DNA from: a virus
Direction: 5' to 3' (one strand)
DNA: 64,000 nt
Virus record (IMG/VR): IMGVR_UViG_3300023112_000009
Location: 1 to 64,000 of that record
Under the pieces are notes generated by a model that saw only the letters and a list, made by a program, of their open reading frames with translations, did not search any database and was not told the origin of the DNA. Shown in pieces: positions 20,706 to 30,862 of the stretch (the stretch's first letter is position 1; the number at the start of each line of letters is the position of its first letter). Position numbers and translations under genes: made by a program.

Positions 20706-21357
20706 TAAAATCAGCGTTCTAATCTGCGTCCACAGTCCCGACCTGGAGCATGATCAACTATTCCAAAAGGCACTTGAATCCTTGGTACGTCAGACGTACG
20801 AGGGCTTCGAAGTTGTCATCGTATTAGACGAGTGCTGGGACGGTACTCGCAGCATCGTGGACAGTTATCGCGAAGTCCTCAATATTCGTTTTTTCGAGCG
20901 ACCCAACAAACAAGGTTTAGCTGCTGCCAAGAACTTTGGATTGGGTAAATGTAACGGTGATTGGATTGCTTATCTGGATGCTGATGATGAGTATTTAGAC
21001 TGTAAGATTGGCGTGCAGCGTCAATGGATGATAGAGCACTCAGATGTAGATTTCTGTGCCACTCAAGCATGGGATATTCTTGATGGATACATGGTTCCCA
21101 ATTGTTTTGCTGTAACACAATATACGACTCACGAAGATATCACTGCACGACTTCCGGAAGAGAATGTACTTTGTCACGGAAGCATGATGATTCGTAAAAT
21201 CGCACTGGAAAGCCTTGGTGGCTACAGTACCGATAAACTTTTGCTTGGTCGTGAGGACTGGGATCTTTGGGGACGAGCAATGAATGCTGGTTTCCGTTTT
21301 GGCAAAGTAACTGAAAGACTATACGTTTACACTCTCGGTACCAGCGTACCTCGATAA
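20692..21357 (+). CDS. GT2 glycosyltransferase
   Basis: ISVLICV; SLVRQTY; GLAAAKNFG; WIAYLDADD; EDWDLW. Confidence 0.9.
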   Translation: MKATDKISVLICVHSPDLEHDQLFQKALESLVRQTYEGFEVVIVLDECWDGTRSIVDSYREVLNIRFFERPNKQGLAAAKNFGLGKCNGDWIAYLDADDEYLDCKIGVQRQWMIEHSDVDFCATQAWDILDGYMVPNCFAVTQYTTHEDITARLPEENVLCHGSMMIRKIALESLGGYSTDKLLLGREDWDLWGRAMNAGFRFGKVTERLYVYTLGTSVPR

Positions 21358-21359
21358 TC

Positions 21360-21980
21360 ATGAGTCATAGTGCTGCACTTTCTTACCTGTTAGAGAGTTT
21401 TGATATCACAAAACTACAACCGCTCGTGGTGGACATTGGTGCTGCCGATGGGCGTTATACTAGTAACTCTTATCCTTTGATTATGGATCATGGGTGGCAT
21501 GGTGTGCTAATTGAACCACAAATACAACAACTGGATCGGGCAAGAGCATATCATGCAGATCATTTAGACAGAGTGACGTTTTTTCCTAGTGCTGTTTGTG
21601 AACAAGATAGCATAGCAACGTTGTTTCTGCACCCAAACGATGGGGATGGTATGACAACTTGTAATCATGGTTCTTCGTTGTTACCGATACCTGGATCTCG
21701 TGTTCAGACTACGATTAGTACCATGTCGTATGACAGTTTGGTAGACGTTGTTGATTTTGACACCGTTGGCTTGTTGTCTATTGACGCAGAGGGATATGAC
21801 ATGGAAATTTTAAGAGGGATTTTTGAAGCTACTAAGTCCAGGCCACAGGTAATCATTTCAGAGACGGATTATTTTTTACGCTCTCCCCAAAGAGACGAGA
21901 GGATAGCTTTCTTGACTGATTATGAGTGTATCTATAACAATGAAGATCAGATTTTTGTTCACAAGACACTGCAACAATGA
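21360..21980 (+). CDS. FkbM-family SAM methyltransferase
   Basis: VVDIGAADG..SNS; GWHGVLIEP; LLSIDAEGYD; RPQVIISE. Confidence 0.85.
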   Translation: MSHSAALSYLLESFDITKLQPLVVDIGAADGRYTSNSYPLIMDHGWHGVLIEPQIQQLDRARAYHADHLDRVTFFPSAVCEQDSIATLFLHPNDGDGMTTCNHGSSLLPIPGSRVQTTISTMSYDSLVDVVDFDTVGLLSIDAEGYDMEILRGIFEATKSRPQVIISETDYFLRSPQRDERIAFLTDYECIYNNEDQIFVHKTLQQ

Positions 21981-22951
21981 AAGTACTATACGTTGGACTG
22001 CTGTATAACTACGGCAAACAAGAAGAAGGATGCTCTTATGAGCATTTCAACCTTGAGGCTGGTTTTAAGGACTGTGCCGACAGGGGAATGTTTGAAGTCA
22101 ATTACTTGTATCCAGACAGTTCTCCTGATGTTCATCGGGCTGCTACTGAAATGGTTCTAGAGGGCGACTATGATGCTATTTTTCATGTAGCATTCAATGA
22201 ACACCTAGATTTCCCTGAGGGGGCAGCGAAGCTAGCTTTGAAAAAAGATATTCCTGTCATTCAGTGGGACTGTGATGCCTCGTGGCGTTTCTCTAACTGG
22301 ATTGCTCCGAGAAAAGATCGTGTCAGTCACTTTGTGACCACGCACTCTGGAACGATGGACTGGTACAAGCAACAGGGCATGAATGTGCTGCGATCTCAGT
22401 GGGGTGGTTCTCCGTACTATCATCCTCAGGGGAACGAGAAGATTTACGACGTGACCTTTGTTGGTCAGAAGCACGGCATCATGCCTGGTGGTCGCTTCTT
22501 GAGAGCAGAATACGTTGATGCTATCATGAATGCTGGCATCAGCATTGACCTGTTTGGCAACTACTGGGACGGATACGAGAATTGGCACGGGTACCAAACA
22601 AACTTCCTTGATATGATTAAGGTGTTTGATCAGAGTAAGATTTGCTTGAATCTATCCAACCCGTGGCACCATGGTTCGATGCCGCAAATCAAGGGGCGTC
22701 ACTTTGAGATTCCTCAGAACGGTGGTATGCAGATTTGTACTCCCGCAGATGACCTCGCCAGCTACTTTGTAGACGGCGAAGAGATTGTCGTTGCACAGGG
22801 TACAGATGATCTAATTGATAAGCTCAAGTACTATCTTGAGCATCCTGACGAACGGGAAGCAATTGCTCAGGCTGGTAGAGCACGGATGCTCAAGGAACAC
22901 CAGTGGCATCATCGTCTTGAGAATATATTTAAAGAAGTGGGCGTACTATGA
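21977..22951 (+). CDS. CgeB-like GT-B glycosyltransferase
   Basis: YDVTFVG; QSKICLN; QIKGRHFEIP; LKYYLEHPDEREAIAQAG..EHQWHHR. Confidence 0.88.
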   Translation: MKVLYVGLLYNYGKQEEGCSYEHFNLEAGFKDCADRGMFEVNYLYPDSSPDVHRAATEMVLEGDYDAIFHVAFNEHLDFPEGAAKLALKKDIPVIQWDCDASWRFSNWIAPRKDRVSHFVTTHSGTMDWYKQQGMNVLRSQWGGSPYYHPQGNEKIYDVTFVGQKHGIMPGGRFLRAEYVDAIMNAGISIDLFGNYWDGYENWHGYQTNFLDMIKVFDQSKICLNLSNPWHHGSMPQIKGRHFEIPQNGGMQICTPADDLASYFVDGEEIVVAQGTDDLIDKLKYYLEHPDEREAIAQAGRARMLKEHQWHHRLENIFKEVGVL

Positions 22952-23637
22952 AAAACTTAATTCAAGACTGGCATAACTCTTATGATGAAAGCAAAATAGG
23001 TTTTCAAGAGTTGCCAGCTAATATGAGATTAGCAGCGGGATTAAAGCCGTATTATATCATTTCACAAGGTGGATGTGGCACTACATACCTTCGTTCTTTT
23101 TTAGAGCGTTATTGTTACGGTGATCACATGGGATATAGTAGTCGATTTGGTGGTTGTTCTTGGAATGAGCATAGTAAAAACCCTAACGTTGGCAATAAAA
23201 ACATCCTATATGTATATGGTAATCCATGTGATGCCACCATGTCTTTTTATGGACGTGCTTTTATGGAAGTATCAGATCATGCCAATAGGATAGGTGGTGA
23301 TGTAAACGGCTTATTAAGCAATAGGCCGTGGACACTAGAGAAATATGTAACCAATGGGGTTGACTATTTTCAGTTAGAAGATCACTTTAGAACTTGGTTA
23401 GATTTTGATCAACGTGACTATAAAATAATGTTCGTGAAGTATACAGAGCTACCAATTCACATTGAAGCGATATTGGATTGGTTGGGATTTTCCAGTGAAC
23501 AAGCCAAGCATTTTGTTTTTAAAGAAAGAGGATCAAAATGGCTTCAGCAAAACAAAATAATAACTGATGGCTTCAAGTCTATGTTTTCAACTTACCTAGA
23601 ACTACAAGATAGTTTGCCAGGAAATTTTATACTATGA
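22948..23637 (+). CDS. sulfotransferase-like P-loop protein
   Basis: IISQGGCGTTYL resembles the 5'-PSB loop; YVYGNPCDATMSF resembles the 3'-PB R-N-P-x-D-x-x-x-S motif; MFVKYTEL; AT-rich. Confidence 0.5.
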   Translation: MKNLIQDWHNSYDESKIGFQELPANMRLAAGLKPYYIISQGGCGTTYLRSFLERYCYGDHMGYSSRFGGCSWNEHSKNPNVGNKNILYVYGNPCDATMSFYGRAFMEVSDHANRIGGDVNGLLSNRPWTLEKYVTNGVDYFQLEDHFRTWLDFDQRDYKIMFVKYTELPIHIEAILDWLGFSSEQAKHFVFKERGSKWLQQNKIITDGFKSMFSTYLELQDSLPGNFIL

Positions 23638-24278
23638 AAGGACATAACCCGTATAAGGACACCCCCGATAACCATGACTTCATGACAGAAGATCATATCG
23701 CTGGTTTCCTTCGTAATCATCGAACAGGCATTGATAACCTGGGGCGTCATGCCTTGGGGCGTATTATTAACACATACGATAACCCCACAGTTATAGACGC
23801 TGCGTGTGGTACGTGTGTTAACTGGGACGTATTCCAGCGTATGGGCGTACAATGCCAGTACACTGGTGTAGATCGTACCGAGGGCATGCTGACTGAGGCC
23901 GCTAAACGATATGCGGACATCACGGTTGCTCAGGGGTATGTTCAAGAACTGCCCTTCGATGACGGTGAAGCAGATATCGTAATCATGCGTCATATCGTAG
24001 AACACCTTCAAGAAGGGTACGAAGACGCCATTAGGGAAGGTCTCCGTGTTGCATCCAAGGAATTGATTCTCGTGTTCTTCCTGGATCCATCCGATAAAGA
24101 CGAGGATGTGATCCAGGAGTCTGATCCGGATGACAATGGTTGTACATATTTCTGGAACACATACAGTTGGTCCAAGTTTACGAACTTCGTTGCCAGCTTG
24201 GGTGTGCAAATGAAACACGATCACATTGTTACTCCTGGTGCTGCTGCCGCAGACACGATTGTTAGGCTAATCAAATGA
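23634..24278 (+). CDS. class I SAM-dependent methyltransferase
   Basis: VIDAACGT; YTGVDRTEGML; LPFDDGEADIVIMRHIVEHL. Confidence 0.88.
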   Translation: MKGHNPYKDTPDNHDFMTEDHIAGFLRNHRTGIDNLGRHALGRIINTYDNPTVIDAACGTCVNWDVFQRMGVQCQYTGVDRTEGMLTEAAKRYADITVAQGYVQELPFDDGEADIVIMRHIVEHLQEGYEDAIREGLRVASKELILVFFLDPSDKDEDVIQESDPDDNGCTYFWNTYSWSKFTNFVASLGVQMKHDHIVTPGAAAADTIVRLIK

Positions 24279-24808
24279 AACTCAACCTAGCTAGTCACGG
24301 TGACAACCGAGAGGGATATGTCAACATTGATTTTGACCATCCCACGGCAGACCTTAAGTGTGACGTAACAGAGTTACCCATGAAAGAAGGGGAGGTTGAT
24401 GAGATCCTTGCCTATCACATTTTAGAGCACTTTAGGGCTGGAGACTATGAGCCTCATCTGTCTAATCCAATCAACCCTAAGACCGCAAAAGAAGCTTTAG
24501 AGGAATGGCACCGTGTTCTTAAGGTAGGTGGCAAGCTAGAGATCAAGGTTCCGGATTTTGTCAAAATCGTATGGTTGTATCAGAACTTCCCTCAATGGGG
24601 TCGTGCTGACAGTCCTGTTCTTGGCCCATTCAAGAATTTCTCAGACTGGATTGTATCCAATGGACAACATCAGTGTTTATTTGACAAGGATACTATGACC
24701 GCACTACTACAGTCCGTAGGCTTTGTGAATATTAGTTTTTTAGATGGTGCCCCTCAACCGTTTGTTGGTCGTGAGAACCTGGAGATGTATGTCGTATGTC
24801 ACAAATAG
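24275..24808 (+). CDS. type 11-like SAM methyltransferase
   Basis: KLNLAS..GYVNID; DEILAYHILEH; EWHRVLKVGGKLEIKVPD. Confidence 0.82.
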   Translation: MKLNLASHGDNREGYVNIDFDHPTADLKCDVTELPMKEGEVDEILAYHILEHFRAGDYEPHLSNPINPKTAKEALEEWHRVLKVGGKLEIKVPDFVKIVWLYQNFPQWGRADSPVLGPFKNFSDWIVSNGQHQCLFDKDTMTALLQSVGFVNISFLDGAPQPFVGRENLEMYVVCHK

Positions 24809-25650
24809 ACGTAAGCTATGGTATCCTGCACTATAACCCTAGTAGCAGCGTAGAGGCTCGTGACGCTTTCATTCGTGCGGTTGATAGTCTTGCGGAAAAC
24901 CGCAGTGACAATCTTACGTCGGAAGTTTTTATCATTGATCAGGGTAATCCACACAGAGAGATTGAAACTGGTCAAGGACTAGCAAAACGTCATGGCTTTA
25001 ACTTCATTTCCTTGAAGGAGAACGTTGGCATTAGTCGCGGTATCAACTTGATTGCTGGTATGGCCCGTGGTAGATACGTATCTTTGGTTACGTCGGATGT
25101 ATTTTTCACAGAAGGGCTAGATGAGTCTCTAATCGGAACGCTTGAGCGACACCATGACATCTGGCAGATTTGTCCTACGTCAGACAAGTCAGATATTCCT
25201 TATCAAATTGAAGGCTTTGCATCTGGCGGTGTTGTACTCACGTTAGCACAAGAATTAACCATTCAGTTTTGGCCACGACACGTTTTTGATAGAGTAGGCT
25301 ATTACGACGAGCGTTGGAAGGCGTGCTATGAGAATCTAGATTATGCTCTTCGTATTTTTCTAGCCGGTGGTTATGCTGCCATTAGCCATGAGGCTTTTTG
25401 TCCACACGATTATCATATGTGTGTTCGTACCGGAGCCCGTGAGCATTCTTATGACGATTATATTGGTAACAATGGTGAGTTCTATCCTACACCCTTGCAA
25501 GCCATGTGGGAATCCAAGTGGCCGGGACTCAAACACTTGATTGATCTCTATACTCCATTGACACATGATAGTAATCGTGTACAGGAAACCATGATAGCTC
25601 ATTACAAGAATAACATCTTCTTACCTTACGTTCAAAATGCAGGTTATTAA
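24796..25650 (+). CDS. GT2 glycosyltransferase
   Basis: EVFIIDQG; ENVGISRGIN; FDRVGYYDERW..YENLDYALR. Confidence 0.82.
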   Translation: MSQIDVSYGILHYNPSSSVEARDAFIRAVDSLAENRSDNLTSEVFIIDQGNPHREIETGQGLAKRHGFNFISLKENVGISRGINLIAGMARGRYVSLVTSDVFFTEGLDESLIGTLERHHDIWQICPTSDKSDIPYQIEGFASGGVVLTLAQELTIQFWPRHVFDRVGYYDERWKACYENLDYALRIFLAGGYAAISHEAFCPHDYHMCVRTGAREHSYDDYIGNNGEFYPTPLQAMWESKWPGLKHLIDLYTPLTHDSNRVQETMIAHYKNNIFLPYVQNAGY

Positions 25651-26284
25651 TTACGACCCTCAAGAGTATCCGTTTTGTGGCCTTGTTGGCGACATTTTTA
25701 AGTGCAACAACCTGATGTTGTTACATCAGCAGGCAGAAAATGAATACCAAATCGCCGCTCCTGGAAAAGACCAAGGTACGGAGTTTCACAAGCGTTTCTA
25801 CGAGTCGTGTGATCCTGACTTTCTTACGCTGTATCGTTCGTTCGTGTCGCTAGTGGGTGATATCTATTTCAAGGACAGGGAATTCTTATACCAGCGTGTT
25901 CCCACCTTCCGTGTACAGTTACCCAATAATAAAGCAGTAGGTGGTGTGTCACACAGAGACAAAGACTATAACCACCCAAGCAAAGAGATAAACTTTCTTG
26001 TGCCTCTCACTTCAATGGTAGGTAGCAACTCGTTATTTGTGGAATCTATTGAAGGATTGCGTGACTTCAAGATGCTTGAGCTTCATCCCGGTGAAGTCCT
26101 GCGTTTTGACGGTGCCAATTTAGAACATGGAAATCTGCCTAATACCTCTGGCTGGACACGGGTCAGCTTTGACTTCCGTATTCTTGCTGTCTCAGACGCA
26201 AACGAACTGTCCGATAAATCTTCCGTGTCACACGGTTTGAAGTTCGCAGAAGGCGAGTACTACGCATCATCATTGACGCTATGA
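25637..26284 (+). CDS. 2OG-Fe(II) dioxygenase-like (DSBH) protein
   Basis: HxD in SHRDKDY; INFLVPLT; distal His in EHGNLPN; TRVSFDFR. Confidence 0.8.
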   Translation: MQVINYDPQEYPFCGLVGDIFKCNNLMLLHQQAENEYQIAAPGKDQGTEFHKRFYESCDPDFLTLYRSFVSLVGDIYFKDREFLYQRVPTFRVQLPNNKAVGGVSHRDKDYNHPSKEINFLVPLTSMVGSNSLFVESIEGLRDFKMLELHPGEVLRFDGANLEHGNLPNTSGWTRVSFDFRILAVSDANELSDKSSVSHGLKFAEGEYYASSLTL

Positions 26285-27072
26285 AAACGTTCACCTTTCC
26301 TGGTCGCATGGGCGATCTTTTGATGCAGTGGCCAGTGGCATATCAATGGCACAAGAAGACAGGAGAGCAGTTTCGTGTTGTTACTTGTGAGCACTGGAAC
26401 ATGCCACGTATGTTGCCTTTGCTTGAAACTCAGAAATGTGTGGCAGAGGTGACTGTCATGAGCGGCATCATTAATGACGACTCGTGTGGTGGACAGCCGT
26501 GGCATTTTAATCTTAAAGAGGATCCCGATTACTTTCACATGGGGTATCAGGATCGTCCCAATATGCAGCTTACTGACTTTACGTTAAAGTATTTTCCAGA
26601 ACCACTGGATCGTGATGCTGTCTTGAACGAAGCCTCCCTAGATATGGGAGAACGTAACCCGCAGAACTACTGCGTGTTCTTCGCTAAGCCGCATCAGAAC
26701 TGGGAAACAGCACTAGAGCTTATGCAAAAAGTGACAGATAGGTTTGATAAGGTCTATGTGATTGGTTTACCAGAAGATTTGTCATATATTTGCCAGAATG
26801 TTCCTGACACTTGTTGGCAAAAATGGCATAATGTAGATAGTAAAACTCCTGATCTGCTAAGTGACGCAAGACTCATTAGGGACGCACGGGTTGTCATAAC
26901 GATCAATAGTTTAGTTCCTACAATCAGTAATGTTTTAAAGGTTCCGACCGTAGTGGTTCATAGAGCACAGCCATTTCAGACGTACAGCAACACTGGTCCT
27001 AACCAGTTTAACTTTTTCCCCGCTCACAGGCATGACTTTGCCCCAGCACTTGAATTTCTAGATAATGTCTGA
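26281..27072 (+). CDS. GT9 (heptosyltransferase)-like GT-B protein
   Basis: GRMGDLLM..P; LIRDARVVITINS..ISNVLKVPTVV. Confidence 0.65.
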   Translation: MKTFTFPGRMGDLLMQWPVAYQWHKKTGEQFRVVTCEHWNMPRMLPLLETQKCVAEVTVMSGIINDDSCGGQPWHFNLKEDPDYFHMGYQDRPNMQLTDFTLKYFPEPLDRDAVLNEASLDMGERNPQNYCVFFAKPHQNWETALELMQKVTDRFDKVYVIGLPEDLSYICQNVPDTCWQKWHNVDSKTPDLLSDARLIRDARVVITINSLVPTISNVLKVPTVVVHRAQPFQTYSNTGPNQFNFFPAHRHDFAPALEFLDNV

Positions 27073-27361
27073 TACGCCCGGTAGCCTAGTAGACAAGTTG
27101 ATCACTGTTGATCAGAAGTTATGGCATAATCAGGAGCTTTTGTATACTATCCGCAGGATGACATACGAAGAGTTCCTTGAACGCTTTAGCTCAGATGGTC
27201 AACGCGAACTATACGATTGGTTGCGGAAAATGAGCGACCTGAACACACAGAGAAACCAGTTGATTGATGAATTTGATCAGACATTAGCCAGTGCAATTGA
27301 AACTGGCGACGTGTCACGCATCGTTCAACGCAAACACAAAACTGCACCAGATGCGAACTAA
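27065..27361 (+). CDS. DUF4254-like helical protein
   Basis: TPGSLVDKL; LWHNQE; LNTQRNQLIDEFD; adjacent to the GT9-like gene. Confidence 0.55.
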   Translation: MSDTPGSLVDKLITVDQKLWHNQELLYTIRRMTYEEFLERFSSDGQRELYDWLRKMSDLNTQRNQLIDEFDQTLASAIETGDVSRIVQRKHKTAPDAN

Positions 27362-28031
27362 TTTTCAAGAAGACATTGCTGCCGCCAACGCTCGTAGGTG
27401 GGATGGCATGAACTTTTACGGCCAAATGCAGGAGGATTTCTTCTTGCATGAATACTATTTCAAGGGTGTCCGTGACGGATACGGTATAGAAGTAGGTGCA
27501 ACAGATGGCCACGAGTTTAGTAACACTCGATTCTTTGAGGAGCACATGGGATGGGACGTACTCTGTATTGAGGCCAATCCCAACTACGAACGCATCCTAA
27601 AAGAGCGTCGTCGTCGTGCCGAGTGTCCTCTGGCTTCCTCTGATAAGTACGGTCTAGCGACTTTTGAGATTGTAGAGCTTCAAGGCAACAACCAAACCGC
27701 GTGCAGTTCTCTTCGGGTTGACGAACGTCTCATCGAGGCTCACGCCCACCTTATTAATCGTCGTTTCAAGGTAGAAGTTCCTATGGAGACACTGGAACAA
27801 ACGCTTGCTCGTCAAGAGAACCCTATGCCGCGTCTGGATTTGGTGTCTATTGATGTAGAAGGGACAGAGCTTGATGTTCTCAAGGGGTTTGATATTGAAA
27901 GATGGAAACCGAAAGTGTTTATCATCGAAAACAACTACGAGGATGATGACTGTCGTAACTATCTTGCTGACCTAGGTTATGAGCACGATTTTTACTACCA
28001 CGTTAATGACTTTTTCATCCTAAAAGACTAA
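27351..28031 (+). CDS. FkbM-family SAM methyltransferase
   Basis: YGQ..ED; IEVGATDG..SNT; CIEAN; DLVSIDVEGTELDVLKG; PKVFIIEN. ATG 27351 preferred. Confidence 0.9.
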   Translation: MRTNFQEDIAAANARRWDGMNFYGQMQEDFFLHEYYFKGVRDGYGIEVGATDGHEFSNTRFFEEHMGWDVLCIEANPNYERILKERRRRAECPLASSDKYGLATFEIVELQGNNQTACSSLRVDERLIEAHAHLINRRFKVEVPMETLEQTLARQENPMPRLDLVSIDVEGTELDVLKGFDIERWKPKVFIIENNYEDDDCRNYLADLGYEHDFYYHVNDFFILKD

Positions 28032-29260
28032 TGAAGTGTAGATCATGTGGCACGAGTGGGGCAAAGACCCTATTGGACTTAGGTACGCATTATGTATCTG
28101 GGTTTTATGATAGCATTAGGACTGATATTCCTAAGGCTCATATGGCATTAGTACAATGCGTAGAGTGTTCGTTAGTGCAGTTGATCGAAACGCCAGATCA
28201 AAACTCTCTGTATGAAGAGTACTGGTATCGTTCCAACACCAACCCGTCTATGGTGCGTGCCCTAAAGGACGTTGTGAATATAGCCACTACTTGGGCTCCT
28301 GCACTTGAAGACGGAGACGTTGTACTGGACATTGCTTGCAATGATGGTACTCTTTTGTCACACTATCCCGCTGGAGTAGTACGTGTTGGCATTGATCCGT
28401 CTAACGTTGCTCGTGAAGCTGATTGTGACTTTTTTGCTAATGAGTTTTTCAGTAAGAATGCTTACGAACAAATCGTACCTAGTAAGAAAGCAAAGATCAT
28501 CACGTCTATTGCTATGTTTTATGACTTGCCAGATCCGCATACGTTTGCAGAAGACGTGGCTGCGTGCCTGGAAGATGATGGAGTATGGATTGTGCAGCTT
28601 AGCTACACGCCTCTCATGTTGGATCAGAACGCCTTTGATAACATCTGTGCTGAGCATCTAGAATACTACACGCTACAGTCATTGGAGTATATCACAAAAG
28701 GAACAGGGTTTCGTATTGCTGATGTTACATTGAACGACACAAACGGTGGTAGCTGTTGTGTCGTTTTGGTCAAGAATAGTAATGAACTTAAGCATGTACC
28801 CCTATACCTGCGTCAGATTGGTCAGTATCGCTTAGATAGCTACAGATTACTTGAGAAAGACAGGGGTTATAATGACGCAAGTCAATGGGCGGCTTTCGCT
28901 AATAGAGTTAGTCTAGAGCGGTTTGCTCTAAAAGATAGCATTAACACTTGGCGTGCAGCAGGTAAGACCGTCTATGGATACGGTGCTTCGACCAAGGGTA
29001 ATACTCTTTTGCAGTACTATGATCTTGGTCCGGATGATATCACCGCGATTGCCGAGAAGCAACCACAGAAGTACGGTAAGCTGACCGCTGGATCATGGAT
29101 CCCTATTATCTCTGAGGACGAGCTTCGTGCCGCCAAGCCAGACTACGTTATTGTTTTCCCGTGGCATTTCAAGGACACTTTCTTGGAGCGTGAAAAAGAA
29201 CTGATTGAATCTGGTACCAAATTTGTGTTTCCGCTGCCTACGTTTGAGGTAATAGGATGA
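28031..29260 (+). CDS. NDP-sugar C-methyltransferase (Zn-binding N-terminus, TcaB9/EvaC-like)
   Basis: CRSC...CVECSLVQL; VLDIACNDGTLL; FDNICAEHLEYY; YGYGASTKGNTLL; FPWHF. Confidence 0.9.
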   Translation: MKCRSCGTSGAKTLLDLGTHYVSGFYDSIRTDIPKAHMALVQCVECSLVQLIETPDQNSLYEEYWYRSNTNPSMVRALKDVVNIATTWAPALEDGDVVLDIACNDGTLLSHYPAGVVRVGIDPSNVAREADCDFFANEFFSKNAYEQIVPSKKAKIITSIAMFYDLPDPHTFAEDVAACLEDDGVWIVQLSYTPLMLDQNAFDNICAEHLEYYTLQSLEYITKGTGFRIADVTLNDTNGGSCCVVLVKNSNELKHVPLYLRQIGQYRLDSYRLLEKDRGYNDASQWAAFANRVSLERFALKDSINTWRAAGKTVYGYGASTKGNTLLQYYDLGPDDITAIAEKQPQKYGKLTAGSWIPIISEDELRAAKPDYVIVFPWHFKDTFLEREKELIESGTKFVFPLPTFEVIG

Positions 29261-30219
29261 AAGTATTAATTACAGGAGCTAATGGTTTTGTTGGCAAACA
29301 TGTTGTCAAAGAACTAGAGGGCAAGCACGAGCTTCTGACGCCTTCGCGTCAGGAGTTGGACCTATTACGTCTTGGTGATCTCCAAGAAAATGGCGGTTCC
29401 GAATACATCAATCGTCATAAGCCAGACGCCATTGTGCATCTTGCCGCCACTTGTGGTGGTATCGGTATCAATAAGGACAACCCCGGTAAGTTCATCTATG
29501 AAAACCTACAAATGGGCATTAATGTTTTGGAGGCAGCCAGGATAGCTGGTGTCTCCAAAGTTGTTAATTTGGGTACCGTTTGTGCTTACCCCAAGCATAC
29601 TCCTGTTCCTTTTAAAGAAGAGGACATTCACAACGGTTATCCAGAAGAGACCAATGCTCCCTATGGTATCGCCAAGAAGACCATCATGGAAATGGGGGAT
29701 GCATACTCCCGCCAGTATGGTATGAGTGTCACCAATCTCGTGCCCGTGAACATGGCGGGAGAGTGGGATAACTTTGATGAGTACAGTTCTCATGTGATCC
29801 CTGCACTCATCAAGAAGTTTGAATCACCGACAGTAGATCTTGCGGCAGAAGGACTTGGTGGTCCCCATCACAACCTTAACCCACGAGTGACTCTATGGGG
29901 CACTGGAAGTGCCTCACGAGAATTCTTATTTGCTGGTGATTGTGCTAGAGCGATTGGAATTGCTCTAGTGAAAGACACTGGTCCCGCACCTATTAACTTA
30001 GGCACAGGCCAAGAGATTACCATCAAGGAACTCGCGGAAATGATCAAACGAGTCGGTGGCTATGACGCCGAAATCGTTTGGGATGACAGTAAGCCAGATG
30101 GACAACCTAGACGTTGCCTGGATGTGACTAGGGCAAAAAACAGACTAAAATGGGAAGCAACCACTTCGTTAGAGGAGAACCTTCGTCGTACAATCGACTG
30201 GTATAGAAAAAATGGGTAG
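29257..30219 (+). CDS. fcl: GDP-L-fucose synthase (GDP-4-keto-6-deoxymannose epimerase/reductase)
   Basis: GANGFVG; HLAATCGGIG; LGTVCAYPK; YGIAK; SHVIPALI; WGTGSASREFL; KPDGQPRR. Confidence 0.93.
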   Translation: MKVLITGANGFVGKHVVKELEGKHELLTPSRQELDLLRLGDLQENGGSEYINRHKPDAIVHLAATCGGIGINKDNPGKFIYENLQMGINVLEAARIAGVSKVVNLGTVCAYPKHTPVPFKEEDIHNGYPEETNAPYGIAKKTIMEMGDAYSRQYGMSVTNLVPVNMAGEWDNFDEYSSHVIPALIKKFESPTVDLAAEGLGGPHHNLNPRVTLWGTGSASREFLFAGDCARAIGIALVKDTGPAPINLGTGQEITIKELAEMIKRVGGYDAEIVWDDSKPDGQPRRCLDVTRAKNRLKWEATTSLEENLRRTIDWYRKNG

Positions 30220-30862
30220 AAAGGTATTCTTAGATGTTGGATGCAACACTGGTCAGTCTTTAGAGGCTGCACTTGATTTTGATTTTGATGTCATTTATTG
30301 TTTCGAACCAGTGAAACAGTATTGTGACATGTTGAAGAATGGCACTTTGTCGTCTAATCGCGGTAAAGACGGTGCTGACTACATAGAGCAGCAATACGAT
30401 CAGAGTAGAGTTGTTGTTTGTCAGTACGGACTATGGGTTAAAGATGAAGTATTAACTATTTATAGTCCTCACACTATGGCCGCCTCTGTTTTTTCTGATC
30501 ATCAGGACAATGAAGGCGGTAGTGAAGATTGTAATTTCGTAAAAGCATCAGACTGGTGTAAGAAGAACTTGCAAGAAGATGATTTTGTTGTCATGAAAAT
30601 GAACTGCGAAGGAAGCGAGTGTACCATTTTGGATCATCTTGTTGACCAAAAGGCAGTACATTATATTGATCATGTCATGATTGATTTTGACGCTTACAAA
30701 ATTCCTTCTCAAGCACATAGACCCCAATGGACAGTGGCAAAGCTTGCAAAGTACAATGTAGACTTTACTCTGTGTGATGACGTAATGAGAGGTTCAACAC
30801 ATTACGACCGTATTTGTAGTTGGTTAGAAGAAAGAGTACCACAGGTAACAAAGAATGTCTAA
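30212..30862 (+). CDS. FkbM-like SAM methyltransferase
   Basis: FLDVGCNTG; IYCFEP; VMKMNCEGSE. Confidence 0.75.
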   Translation: MGRKVFLDVGCNTGQSLEAALDFDFDVIYCFEPVKQYCDMLKNGTLSSNRGKDGADYIEQQYDQSRVVVCQYGLWVKDEVLTIYSPHTMAASVFSDHQDNEGGSEDCNFVKASDWCKKNLQEDDFVVMKMNCEGSECTILDHLVDQKAVHYIDHVMIDFDAYKIPSQAHRPQWTVAKLAKYNVDFTLCDDVMRGSTHYDRICSWLEERVPQVTKNV

